From NCBI GenBank assembly GCA_951406725.2, contig OX597817.1, forward strand, positions 12,152,001-12,216,000: a DNA stretch of 64,000 bases, read 5' to 3'. Positions 40,287-53,264 of the stretch are shown piece after piece (the stretch's first letter is position 1; every line of letters starts with the position of its first letter). A program made the position numbers and the translations under genes. The notes under the pieces were generated by a model. That model was not told the origin of the DNA. It did not search any database and saw only the letters and a program-made list of their open reading frames with translations. Source of the DNA: Octopus vulgaris (lineage: Eukaryota).

Positions 40287-40315
40287 AACATGCCTCACAT
40301 TTTCTCCTCCAGTTC
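40287..40315 (-). CDS. Candidate 29-nt micro-exon: xTGGENVRHV
   Basis: Acceptor ttgtttcag, donor gtaagt. Phase 1/0 matches the phase-0 start of the 32230 candidate. Confidence 0.4.
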
Positions 40316-40707
40316 CTGAAACAAATTAATCACCAGCCAGCTGTTATTCTCCTCCAATTCATTTTACTGTTGATCCTGTTACTGTTGTAATTTATAATCG
40401 TCACTGATGTTTTTACTTTTGCTGCTGTTGTTCTTGTTGTTATTGTTCGTGGCTGTTTTCACAACTGTCGAAGTGGATGTAGAAGAAGGTGGAGGTGCAG
40501 TTGGCATTATAATATTAATCCTTAAATAAGATTCCCTATGTCATCACCTTAATGTTTGTTTATTATTTCAGGATTCGTTTGTTGTTACAATTTAATATTT
40601 TGTCTTCGTAATTTACTTGTAACAACTACATCAATAACAACAACGTATGACAACATCAACAACAGCATTAGACAACAATTTAGTTGGCAAAATAAATTTA
40701 TATCAAA

Positions 40708-41089
40708 CTAGCAGTATCGCCCGGTGTTGCTCAGGTTTGTAAGGGAAATAACTATATAAGCATTTTTAGAAATGTAAAGTATAATAGCCATCTCAATATG
40801 GCTAACCACAAGGGGGGGGGGTTACTGTAGCTTTTTACGTTCTGAGATTTAATAAATTTTTAGAGAGTTACTTCCCTTATATATGCCAAAAATGCATCAA
40901 AAATGGGAAAAATTGATGGTAAATTTTTTTTTAAATCGTAGACGCGCGCTAATACCCAGAAGGGCTCGATATGAATCACGACTATAAGATACCCAGTTTT
41001 GGTTAAACTGCACCGCAAAATGTGGAAGTAGTTAGGAATCTAAATCGTAGGAGACAGACAGCACACAACCTCACTTTTATATATAAAGA
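40708..41089 (-). mobile_element. Non-autonomous Helitron
   Basis: Reverse complement of the 31334 copy with the same termini. Confidence 0.8.
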
Positions 41090-41105
41090 TTTTAGGGTAT
41101 AATAA

Positions 41106-41339
41106 GGCGGCGAGCTGGTAGAAACGTTAGCACACCGGGCAAAATGCTTAGTGGTATTTCGTCTGCAGTTACGTTCTGAGTTCAAATTCCGCCGAGATCG
41201 ACTTTGCCTTTCATCCTTTCGGGGTCGATTAAATAAGAACCAGTTACGCACTGGGGTTGATGTAATCAACCAAATCCATTTGTCTGTCCTTGTTTGTCCT
41301 CTCTGTGTTTAGCACCTTGTGGGTAGTAAAGAAATAGGT
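41106..41339 (+). mobile_element. SINE family D
   Basis: GGCGGCGAGCTGG...GAGTTCAAATTCC...CTTTGCCTTTCATCCTTTCGGGGTCGAT. Partial or diverged copies near 2475-2670, 23838-24035 (-), 46633-46815 and 54493-54675. Confidence 0.75.
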
Positions 41340-41659
41340 ACTGGCAATGACCTCACTCGAATCTTTTTACACATGCCACCGGCACAGGCACCAGTAAGGC
41401 GACGCAGTCTTAATAATGCTGTAAATAGAATATTTTGAACCAAAGACTATAGCAGTATTTAAAGAAGAAATGAAAATGTCCTGAGCAGTTATTGACGAAA
41501 GAGCTTCTCAATGTTTGCTCTCAGTCTATCCAACAGGGCATTGAAAAATTTGTTCCTCAGCTTATTCCCTAACCTCTTAATCAATGTAAACCATTAAAAG
41601 TGTGTTTTAAGACTAAATATGAAAACAAGATGCTAAAATTAGCTGTGATGTATGTACAT

Positions 41660-42010
41660 AAGCAGCTCCGGCGTCTGGCGATGGACTTGGTAAACACCCA
41701 CAAAGTTATCAACCACCTCACCAACAACAACACTGAACACCTTTTTGATCTCCATGTGTCTAACACACGTGGACATGCCTACAAAGTCAGAAAACAACAC
41801 AGCTCCCATGACTTTCGGAAACATTTTTTCACGCTCAGAGTTGCTGAAGCATGGAATAAACTGCCTGCATCAGTTGTTGACTGCCATGACACTGCATCCT
41901 TTAAGGCCCTCATGCTTTCCGAAATCTGCCGAAACTACACCTGATTATACATACACTTTAGATGAGTTGTAGTGCACCTGAGCACTGTACACAATGTTTT
42001 ATTATTATCA
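41660..42010 (+). mobile_element. CR1-group LINE 3' end (second family)
   Basis: RRLAMDLVNTHK...TRGHAYKVRKQ...RKHFFTLRVAEAWNKLP; (ATT)n tail. Confidence 0.75.
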
Positions 42011-42625
42011 TTAAATGCCTATTAATTACTTTGTTTAATTGGTAATTTCTGAACTGGCTGTGGTCATTCAAAAACCATTCAAATGACCATGGTAACTCTG
42101 AAAGTCACTATCATTTATAGCTGTAGATGGAAGTATCCAGAAAACACATAGGGTCTTTTACAGACAAATCTAATTTGGTACAAGTTCAACAGAGAAGTTT
42201 GGGAAGAGACACGTGCAGAGAACAGAAAAATATGAGAAGGTATAACTTCTCAGTTATGACTATTTCAATATAAAGTTAAAATCTGAAGGGAAACAACAGT
42301 CAAGTAAATCAACATCCATAATTTGGTTGATTACTTTAGGAATCAATTTAGAAAAGATGCTAAACAAAGCCAATTCTAACAGAACTTGAGCTCAGAACAT
42401 AAAAGGACGTAACTAAATACCACAAAGCATTATATTGTGTGCAGTATCATTCTTATATTGCATACAGTATCATTAAGAAGAACCATGTGCAGATGGAGAC
42501 ATTATTAAGTATGGTGGAATGCATTAAAATAGAATCAGCTTTTAAAAAGGAAACCCTTAAGTTATTTTTACAAGCAAATGACTACAACAATAAAAGTTAC
42601 TAATTATATACATAATCAGATACAG

Positions 42626-44163
42626 TCACAAATATATACACATAGGTTCAATCACAAATATATACACACAGGCTCAATCACAAATATATACACATAGGCT
42701 CAATCACAAATATATACACACAGGCTCAATCACAAATATATACACACAGACTCAATCACAAATATATACACACAGACTCAATCACAAATATATACACACA
42801 GACTCAATCACAAATATATACACACAGACTCAATCACAAATATATACACACAGACTCAATCACAAATATATACACACAGGCTCAATCACAAATATATACA
42901 CACAGGCTCAATCACAAATATATACACATAGGTTCAATCACAAATATATACACATAGGTTCAATCACAAATATATACACACAGGCTCAATCACAAATATA
43001 TACACACAGGCTCAATCACAAATATATACACACAGGCTCAATCACAAATATATACACACAGGCTCAATCACAAATATATACACACAGACTCAATCACAAA
43101 TATATACACACAGGCTCAATCACAAATATATACACATAGGCTCAATCACAAATATATACACATAGGCTCAATCACAAATATATACACATAGGCTCAATCA
43201 CAAATATATACACACAGGCTCAATCACAAATATATACACATAGGCTCAATCACAAATATATACACACAGGCTCAATCGTAAATATATACACACAGGCCCA
43301 ATCACAAATATATACACACAGGCTCAATCACAAATATATACACATAGGCTCAATCACAAATATATACACACAGGCTCAATCACAAATATATACACACAGG
43401 CTCAATCACAAATATATACACACAGGCTCAATCACAAATATATACACATAGGCTCAATCACAAATATATACACACAGGCTCAATCACAAATATATACACA
43501 CAGGCTCAATCACAAATATATACACACAGACTCAATCACAAATATATACAGACAGACTCAATCACAAATATATACACACAGACTCAATCACAAATATATA
43601 CACATAGGTTCAATCACAAATATATACACATAGGTTCAATCACAAATATATACACACAGGCTCAATCACAAATATATACACACAGGCTCAATCACAAATA
43701 TATACACATAGGTTCAATCACAAATATATACACACAGGCTCAATCACAAATATATACACACAGACTCAATCACAAATATATACACATAGGCTCAATCACA
43801 AATATATACACATAGGCTCAATCACAAATATATACACATAGGCTCAATCACAAATATATACACATAGGCTCAATCACAAATATATACACACAGGCTCAAT
43901 CACAAATATATACACATAGGCTCAATCACAAATATATACACACAGGCTCAATCATAAATATATACACACAGGCTTAATCACAAATATATACACACAGGCT
44001 CAATCACAAATATATACACATAGGCTCAATCACAAATATATACACACAGGCTCAATTACAAATATATACACACAGGCTCAATCACAAATATATACACACA
44101 GGCTCAATCACAAATATATACACACAGGCTCAATCACAAATATATACACACAGGCTCAATCAC
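42626..44163. repeat. 26-bp minisatellite, about 59 copies (CAATCACAAATATATACACACAGGCT)
   Basis: Read directly; period 26. Confidence 0.97.
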
Positions 44164-44659
44164 ATGTGCACAGAAAATATATAATTACTGTCAGTATGCA
44201 CACCAACGCATATTTACTAACGCTTACAGAAAGAAAAGAAATTAATTAAATTAAAATTGTTAAGATTAGGGTCCTTCCCTCCTCTTCTTTTCCTCTCTTT
44301 GTAATTTATTATCTTAGATCTATTATATAGCTCCTTAAAACAAATCTATTGTCTTTATCCTAAGGATATAAATAAAAAGTAAATCTATTATGTACATCCT
44401 CATTAATCAACAGTGCAATAATAGATGCTATGACCAAAACTGGATCCTGAAATGACAGTATTGCCATCAACATAATCATAAACTTCTATCACAGTTGTGG
44501 GACTCATAACTAAATATTCAACAACCATGCACCTACAATATACTGAATAAAACTCTTATCACATATCTACTACATTGAAAAGGTGGCATTCCAATGACTA
44601 GGCTTCTTCAGATTCTATTCAGCTCTAAGCAGTCATTTGCTATCTACAAGTTATAAATA

Positions 44660-44829
44660 GGCGCAGGAGTGGCTGTGTGGTAAGTAGCTTGCCTACCAAC
44701 CACATGGTTCTGGGTTCAGTCCCACTGCATGGCATCTAGGGCAAGTGTCTTCTGCTATAGCCTCGGGCCGACCAATGCCTTGCGAGTGGATTTGGTAGAC
44801 GGAAACTGAAAGAAGCCTGTCGTATATAT

Positions 44830-44865
<36 letters not shown>

Positions 44866-45076
44866 ATATGTTTGTGTCTGTGTTTGTTCCCCTAGCATTG
44901 CTTGACAACCGATGCTGGTGTGCTTACATCCCCATCACTTAGCGGTTCGGCAAAAGAGACCGATAGATTAAGTACTAGGCTTACAAAGAATAAGTCCTGG
45001 GGTCGATTTGCTCGACTTAAGGCGGTGCTCCAGCATGGCCGCAGTCAAATGACTGAAACAATAAAAGAGTAAAGAG
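44660..45076 (+). mobile_element. SINE family A
   Basis: Full-length match. Confidence 0.85.
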
Positions 45077-45954
45077 TATGTGTTATATTTGAGTTTTACA
45101 TACAGTAACTGTTATACACAGACATCATTGACATTTGATGCCCGTCTTCCATGCTGGCATGGGTTGGACGGTTTGCAAGCGGAGAGCTGCACCAAGCCCC
45201 ATTGTCTGATTTGGCAAGGTTTCAATGGCTGGATGTTCTTCCTAACACCAACCCCTTTATAGAGCATTCTGGGTGACTGTTATATGTCACCAGCACTGGT
45301 GCTTTTAACAGGATACCAGTGGGGTTGCCAAATAACTTGCAATACTGATATGAAGACCTCTAAGCTGAGAGAGGGAGTGGTAGCACAGGAAGTGGCATCA
45401 TGCAGGGCAAGAGGTTAGAGTAAGGTAGAGGGACAGAGATAGGGGTCTTACTATAGAGAAGGTATTTGGCTACCCCAGTAGGAAAAGAGGAGAGGAAGGA
45501 GGGTTGGAGTTAGAGAAAAAGATAGAGTGAGGCAGTCAGAGTGTGTGTGTGAGAGAGAGAAACATGGTGTTGGAGATACATAGGAACCAACCCACATGTA
45601 ACAGTGGGGGGTGAGGATAAGTGGTACAGAAGGGACAGAGGGGAGTGTTCCATAAGGGCGAGAAGGGAGATGTTTATTGATGGAGAAGTGGTGATTGTAG
45701 AAAGTGACGGTGAGAGAAATTGGAGTGTCTGGTGCAGGGGGGGGATATGGTAGATATGTGAGGGCATGGAGAGTGCATGGATAGACACGTGCACATGAGA
45801 GACAGGGAAGGTACCTATAGTGGGTAGTGATCATGGGTGGTGGGATAGAGGATAACATTGGAGAGATGGGTTGCAGGGACATTTTGACAGAAGACAGACT
45901 CTGTGTGTGTGTGTGTATGTTCAAGGGGATCATGGCCAGCCACAATTTTACTTA

Positions 45955-46321
45955 GCTTCACAAACGACGACGCTGTGGTGATTCATTCTTGCTCACAACA
46001 TCATAAGCGGAAAGTGTAACGTCTCGAAAGAGCTGTTCTTCACTCCTGCTCCAGAGCGTCGGCTGCGGGGTCATTCCGAAAAGCTCTATCTGCGACGATT
46101 TCATCTCAATCGAAGGAGAGGGGCTTTCTCCGTCCGGGTTGCGGATCCGTGGAATAAGCTGCCAGACGAGATGGTGAAGATGCCAATGACCGCTCGGTTC
46201 AAAGTCTCCCTTGACCACAAGTGGCCTGAACTCTTTACATGAACACCACCCTGTACATAACTCCATGTCCCCCTACATGGCCTTGCTTTTTGCTTTTTGA
46301 GCCAAAAACTAACTAACTAAC
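45955..46321 (+). mobile_element. CR1-group LINE 3' end
   Basis: RRRCGDSFLLTTS...RLRGHSEKL...WNKLP; (ACTA)n tail. Confidence 0.75.
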
Positions 46322-46324
46322 ATG

Positions 46325-46630
46325 TCTTCTCAAACACAGCAAATGAACAGAAGTCTCAGTCTCTTGTCTTTTATTCCATGAGGCTCAACATCTGAAGATT
46401 ACTTCTCACCACTACATCCCACATCTTTCTGAGTCTACTTCTTCCACAGGTTCCCTCCACATTAAGGATTGGCACTTCCTGATGCTGATGTCTTCATCCA
46501 TATGCATCATATGATCATACCAGTGCAGCTTTCTCTCTTGCACACAACATCTGATGCTTCTTATACCCAATTTTACCCTTAAAACACTTACACTCTGTCT
46601 TACATGCACACTGACATTGTACATCCAGCA
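46325..46630 (-). mobile_element. RTE C-terminal ORF fragment
   Basis: MYNVSVHVRQSVSVLRVKLGIRSIRCCVQERKLHWY matches 22140-22260. Similar fragments at about 58690-58990 and 61370-61690. Confidence 0.7.
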
Positions 46631-46814
46631 AAAGTATTTCGTCTGCCGTTACGTTGTGAGTTCAAATTCCGCCGAGGTCGACTTTGCCTTTCATCTTTTC
46701 GGGGTCGATAAATTAAGCACCAGTTGTGCACTGGGGTCGATATAATCGACTTGATCCCTTTGTCTGTCCTTATTTGTCCCCTCTATGTTTAGCCCCTTGT
46801 GGGTAATAAAGAAA

Positions 46815-48995
46815 CAAAAAGTTTTTTATTGCAAACAGACCATAGACCATTGCAGTTGATTTATGGGTCTAAAAAAGGTTTACCGACTCATACTGCAAAC
46901 TACTTGCAAAGTTGGGGTGTAATATTACTAAATTATAATTTCAAAATGCAATACATTCCATTGAAAAAATCAGTCATGTGAACTGCCTTCCGAGATTAAT
47001 TCCAAAAAATATGGAACCACTAGAAGGGACCGTTATAGCCGCACTGCAGGCAGAAAGTGAAATTAATAGCGTTATGATGAATGTTATCCAAGAACTACCA
47101 GTGACAGCACAAGATATAAGAATGAAAGCTGTGGGTGATGAGTATATTACGAAAATAAAAGATTTAAAAAATAAACAGAATAAAAATTTAGGCGCAGGAG
47201 TGGCTGTGTGGTAAGTAGCTTGTCTACCAACCACATGGTTCCAGGTTCAGTCCCACTGCGTGGCATCTTGGGCAAGTGTCTTCTACTATAGCCCCGGGCC
47301 GACCAATGCCTTGTGAGTGGATTTGGTAGACGGAAACTGAAAGAAGCCTGTCGTATATATGTGTATGTGTGTGTGTGTTTGTCCCCCTAGCATTGCTTGA
47401 CAACCGATGCTGGTGTGTTTACGTCCCCGTCACTTAGCGGTTCGGCAAAAGAGACCGATAGAATAAGTACTGGGCTTACAAAAGAATAAGTCCTGGGGTC
47501 GAGTTACTCGATTAAAGGCGGTGCTCCAGCATGGCCACAGTCAAATGACTGAAACAAGTAAAAGAGAAAAGAGAAAGAGAAAGAGATGCCAATAGTTTTT
47601 CAATTTGCGACAACATTCTGAGATATGCCCCAAGAGTGGTGGTTCCAACTACATAACAAGAAGGTGTATTGCAACAATTTCATAGCAGACATCCAGGAAT
47701 GGCAAAGATGAAGGCTCTGAAGAGGAGTTATGTCTATTGGCCACCTATGGACCAAGATATCAAAAACTTGGTGAGAACATGCCAAGGTTGCACACTTACA
47801 GTCAAAACCCTGCTGGTAAAATATCAATCATGGCCAGAGACAGAGAACCCATGGTCTAGGTTACACATTGACTATGTTGGACTGGTAAATGGCGCTTACT
47901 ACATAATCATAGTAGGTAGCTATATTAAGTGGCTGGAGGTTTGCAGGTGCTATAGACCAACCACTAAAACAACAATAAAGTTCTTATATAAATTGTTTGC
48001 ATGATACGGTGTCCCTGACATGCTTCTTTCAGACAATGGAATGCAGTTCTCTGGGTATGAATTCAAGAACTTCTGTAAAAGGTATGTGATAAAGCATATT
48101 TTCACTCCACTCTACCACCTGAGGGCAAAGGGACAGGTAGAAAGATTTGTGGACACCTTTAAGAGAGCATTAAGAAAAACGAGGAATGAATTAAGTAATG
48201 ATGAAGCACTGACAAATTTCTTAAGAATATACAGAGTGACCCCACAATCATCATCATCATCATCATTGTTTAGCGTCCGCTTTCCATGCTAGCATGGGTT
48301 GGACGGTTCAACTGGGGTCTGGGAAGCCAGAAGGCTGCATCAGGCCCAGTCTGATCTGGCAATGTTTCTACGGCTGGATGCCCTTCCTAACGCCAACCAC
48401 TCCATGAGTGTAGTGGGTGCTTTTTACGTGCCACCGGCACAGGTACCAGCCGAGTCTGGCAAACGGCCAAGATCAGATGGTGCTTTTCATGTGCCACCGG
48501 CACGGGGGCCAGGCGAGGCTGGCAACGGCCACGAACGGATGGTGCTTTTTACGTGATCCAAGTACAAATTCAGGGACGTCTCCCACAGAATTGATGTTCG
48601 CAATAAGGATAAAATTCATTTTTGGATAAGCTTTTAACCAGAGAAAAAAGATGCAAAGGAAATACGAAGGAGCCAATGAAATACGCTAGGTAAGATAGGA
48701 AATAAAGTGCATTCCAAAACCTGTAAAACCTATAGAAATGGTAAAGAAGGCTGGGAAGATGGCCTTGTTACCAGAAAATTTAGAAGTATGATGTAGCTAA
48801 TTAAAGGGTCACACAGTGAACAACAGAGACATATAAACCAACTAAGGAAGACGCATCCCCAAGATCATGAAGAAATTCTCATGGAAGTATTCTGTGAAAT
48901 ATTCGATGCACCGGTATCAAAAGTAATTGAGTCCTGTAGAACCAGCATGAGAAAAAGAAAGCAGACCAAACACCTTGAGAAAACGCCCAAGTGAA
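46815..48995 (+). mobile_element. Decayed Ty3/Gypsy pol (RNase H end, HHCC integrase zinc finger, integrase core)
   Basis: TDHRPL...GSKKG; H..HPG..KMK.L.RSYVYWP.MD.DI..V..C..C; PWSRLHIDY; SDNG.QF; G.VERF..TFK. Confidence 0.85.
47191..47585 (+). mobile_element. SINE family A inserted in Gypsy pol
   Basis: Full-length match interrupting the pol remnant. Confidence 0.85.
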
Positions 48996-49359
48996 AGAAT
49001 CATCATCATCATCATTTAGCGTCCGCTTTCCATGCTAGCATGGGTTGGACGGTTCAACTGGGGTCTGTGAAGCCAGAAGGCTGCATCAGGCCCAGTCTGA
49101 TCTGGCAGTGTTTCTACAGCTGGATGCCCTTCCTAACGCCAACCACTCCGTGAGTGTAGTGGGTGCTTTTTACGTGCCACCCACACAGGTGCCAGACGGA
49201 GCTGGCAAACGGCCACGGACGGATGGTGCTTTTTACGTGCCACCGGCACGGGGGCCAGGCGAGGCTGGCAACGGCCACGATCGGATGGTGCTTTTACGTG
49301 CCACCGGCACGGGGGCCAGGCGAATATTCCTGTGGAACATGAAATCTCAGAAGGGAAGA

Positions 49360-50015
49360 TGTTGTATAAGAGTATGATGCCCTCCTGGCAAGAATGGACT
49401 GGACTACTACACATGAATAGTAGCAGTCTGAGTAAGTGAGGTAGTTCATGCTAGTTCGTGTGTTGATAGTTCAAAGCTGGAGTTCAAAGTTCACAGTTCG
49501 AGTTAGCATGTTGGATTGTTGGTTCTTAAAAGATCGTTGTTACGTTCCATGAGGTTACTACTATTTGTTTTAATTCGTGCCGGTGGCACGTAAAAAGCAC
49601 CATCCGATTGTGGCCATTGCCAGCCTCATCTGGCCCCCGTGCCGGTGGCATGTAAAAAGCACCATCCGATCGTGGCCATTGCCAGCCTCGCCTGGCCCCC
49701 GTGCCGGTGGCATGTAAAAAGCACCATCCGATCGTGGCCGTTTGCCAGCCTCGTCTGGCACCTGTGCAGGTGGCACATAAAAAGCACCCACTACACTCAT
49801 GGAGTGGTTGGCGTTAGGAAGGGCATCCAGCTGTAGAAACGCTGCCAGATCAGACTGGGCCTGATGCAGCCTCCTGGCTTCCCAGACCCCAGTTGAACCG
49901 TCCAACCCATGCTAGCATGGAAAACGGACGTTAAACGATGATGATGATGATGATGATGATGATGATATTGTTATTACACTGTTGCTGTGTATTCATTTAT
50001 CCATAAGGATATAAC
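49360..50015 (+). repeat. Probable 3' LTR of the Gypsy element (with RTE-tail insertion at 49576-49965)
   Basis: Polypurine tract AGAAGGGAAGA immediately before TGTTGTAT; ends ATATAACA (TG...CA with a short inverted terminal repeat). Confidence 0.6.
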
Positions 50016-50345
50016 AGAGTGAGATATGGCTACTACAATATGTAGCAGGTTGAGTAAACTTTATAGGTTCCTACACTGACTTCACAGGATATAGATACCC
50101 AAAGGAGACACTGATGTAACCGTGTGTCAGTATGATACACAGCTGCACCAGTAACCAGAAAAGACATAATGATATATGAGTATGCTGTCACATCTGAAGA
50201 TGGAAGAGACACATCTACGATATAACACATAAGTGGTATACAGTCAAATCAACATGTGGAAAAAATTATATCAGTATAACAATCCCATGAGTGGATAGAA
50301 GAGTTACATCAATAGAATATATAGTCACACTAACATAGTATAGAA

Positions 50346-50564
50346 CAGTGCTTTTCAACCGTTTTGCTAGAGCGGAACTCCAAGGAAATATTCCACTGGC
50401 TCGAGGAACCCCTGTGCAATAATTTAATAGTCTTATGCACACATATCTGCACAGGAGAATTAAAAATTACTGCCAATTTTAGCAGTTTTGTAACTTCTTG
50501 TGGAACTCCTGGACTGTACTGGCGGAACCCTAAGGTTCCAAGGAACCCTGGTTGAAAACCACTG
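50346..50564. mobile_element. hAT (Charlie-like) MITE
   Basis: TIRs CAGTGCTTTTCAACC / GGTTGAAAACCACTG; 8-bp TSD GTATAGAA. Confidence 0.85.
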
Positions 50565-50840
50565 GTATAGAATATATTCACATCAATGGAGATAGGTACC
50601 TCAGTATCATTTAGTCATATCAGCTAATGGGGCAAGTATACTATACTGTAATACCAACAGACAGAATAGACATTATAACATGATACACAATGACTCAATA
50701 TGGATAAACCAGAATACAGGGAGGAGAGAAAGTATTTGTCTATGAATAAGCATGTATGTGTGTGTATGAAGAATTTAATGTAACAACATGAAGTTTTGGT
50801 AACTTTGGTAACATGTAGAGGGGTTCCCAAAAAATATACA

Positions 50841-51207
50841 GGTCCAGACATGGCTATGTGGTAAGAAGTTTGCTTCTCAATCATATGGTTTGGGATTCAG
50901 TCCCACTGTGTGGCATTGTGGGCAAGTGTCTTCAACTATTGCCAAAGGCCGACCAAAGCCTTTTGAGTGGATTTGGTAGATGGAAACTGAAAGAAGCCCA
51001 TTCATCATCATCATCGTTTAACATCCGTTTTCCATGCTAGCATGGGTTGGACGGTTCTACCGGGGTCTGGGAAGCCAGGAGGCTGCACCAGGCTCCAGTC
51101 TGATCTGGCAGAGTTTCTACAGCTGGATGCCCTTCTTAATGCCAACCACTCCGTGAGTGTAGTGGGTGCTTTTTACGTGCCACCGGCACAGGTGCCAGGG
51201 GAGGCAT

Positions 51208-51260
<53 letters not shown>

Positions 51261-51478
51261 TTATGTGTGTCTGTGTTTGTCCTCCTGCCATCACTTGACA
51301 ATCGATGCTGGTTTGTTTATGTCCCCATAACTTAGCGGTTGAGCAAAAGAGACCAATAGAATATGAACCAGGCTTACAAAGAATAAGTTCAGAGGCCGAT
51401 TTCTTTGACTAAAACTCTATAAGGTATTGCTCTAGCATGATTGTTGCAGTCACATAACCGAAGCAAGTAAAAGAATAA
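50841..51478 (+). mobile_element. Diverged SINE family A with nested RTE tail (51002-51205)
   Basis: Degenerate head and tail split by a (CAT)n-started RTE 3' end. Confidence 0.65.
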
Positions 51479-51632
51479 CAGACCACCACTGTTATTCATT
51501 GCTGTCTCCCTCAAAAATCTTTCTTGACAATTATCATGGGAGTCATTATCACAGAATTTTAACTGGTTCAAAGCTCATCACCAGAATTGTGTTGCATTGT
51601 GCCTGTAGCCAAAGCATTCATCTGTCACTATT

Positions 51633-51806
51633 TCTCTTTTCTTTTACTTGTTTCAGTCATTTGACTGTGGCCATGCTGGAGCACCGCCTTTAATCGAGCA
51701 ACTCGACCCCGGGACTTATTCTTTTTGTAAGCCCAGTACTATTTCTATCGGTCTCTTACCATGTGGTTGGTAAACAAGCTACTTACCACGCAGCCACTCC
51801 TGCGCC
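51633..51806 (-). mobile_element. Internally deleted SINE family A
   Basis: Tail joined directly to the 5' head; the middle is missing. Confidence 0.7.
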
Positions 51807-52001
51807 TATTTCATTTCCCTTCTCGTGAAACTAAATAAATATGCTGACAAGGCACAGCTCGTAACTTTACCAAAGAAAGGAAATTGGAACCATTAACGAA
51901 TACTTTGGCTGGTTGCAGCACTGAGTTTCTATCCTATCTCAGGACTCAGTTCAAAGAAGCTAACACACCTCAATGTACTTCAGTTATTTGAATCACTTCT
52001 T

Positions 52002-52567
52002 CATCATCATCATCATCATCGTTTAATGTCCGTTTTCCGTGCTAGCATGGGTTGGACGGTTCTACCGGGGTCTGGGAAGCCAGGGGCTGCACCAGGCTCC
52101 AGTCTGATCTGGCAGTGTTTCTACAGCTGGATGCCCTTCCTAACGCCAACCACTCTGCGAGTGTAGTGGGTGCTTTTTACATGCAACCTGCACAGGTGTC
52201 AGGGGAGCCTGGCATCGGCCACGATCGGTCGGTGCTTTTAACGTGTTACCGGCACAGAAGCCAGCCAAGGCAGCGCTGGCATCGGCCACATTCGGATGGT
52301 GCTTTTTATGTGCCACCGGCACAGAAGCCAGCCAAGGCGGCGCTGGCATCGGCCACGTTCGGATGGTGCTTTTTATGTGCCACCGACACGGAAGCCAGCC
52401 AAGGCGGCACTGGCATCGGACACGTTTGGATGGTGCTTTTTATGTGCCACCGGCACGGAAGCCAGCCAAGGCGGCGCTGGCATCGGCCACGTTTGGATGG
52501 TGCTTTTAACGTGCCACCGGCACAGAAGCCAGTCAAGGTGGCGCTGGCATCGGCCACATTTGGATGG
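52002..52567 (-). mobile_element. RTE 3'-UTR tail with expanded ~67-bp internal tandem units
   Basis: (CAT)n start, core motif, then about five or six GGTGCTTTTTATGTGCCACCGGCAC... units. Confidence 0.8.
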
Positions 52568-52603
52568 TGGATGTTCAATAGAGTAAAGTACATTCAACAA
52601 GTC

Positions 52604-52644
<41 letters not shown>

Positions 52645-53045
52645 GGCCACCATTACTGCTGCTGTCATTGGAGGCAACATCTCTGTTGTCATCATCATCA
52701 TAATCACAAGCATGGCCGGGAGGTTAAGAATCTCATTTTGCAACCACAATGTCTCAGGTTCAATCCCACTATGTTGCACTTTGGGCAAGTGTCTTTTATC
52801 CTTCAGTTTTCACCTACCAAATCTACTCACAAGGCTTTGGTTGAACCGAGGCCATAGTAGAAGAAACTTGCCCAAGGTATCATACAGTGGGACTGAGCCT
52901 GCAAACATGTGGTTGCAAAGCAAGTCTTTTTGTAAAACCTTTCTAAATGTTGTTTAGCCCCAGGTGGCCTTGATCCAACAAATCTACAATCAAAGACATT
53001 CTAACTATAAGTAACTAGTTGAATAGTCAGACACAAGGTATTTAA

Positions 53046-53264
53046 CCCTTTAGTATTTAAACCGGCCATATCCAGCCAAAATATTTAATCTGTTTTATGT
53101 TCAAACTAACCAGATCCAGGCTCTCACACCTACCCTACAATGTTATTCTACATTAAGTAATTACACCATCAAGATCTTGAAGATATGAGATAATGCATGA
53201 TTAATTCAAACCAATGGGAATCAATAAGCATTATGTTTGATAGAATAATCAGAACACTAAAGGG
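53046..53264. mobile_element. piggyBac-type MITE
   Basis: TTAA|CCCTTTAGT ... ACTAAAGGG|TTAA. Confidence 0.75.

Noticed and set aside
52190-52567. CRISPR-like regularly spaced repeats
   Set aside because: The intervening segments are near-identical rather than unique spacers, there are no cas genes, and the context is a eukaryotic retroelement UTR.
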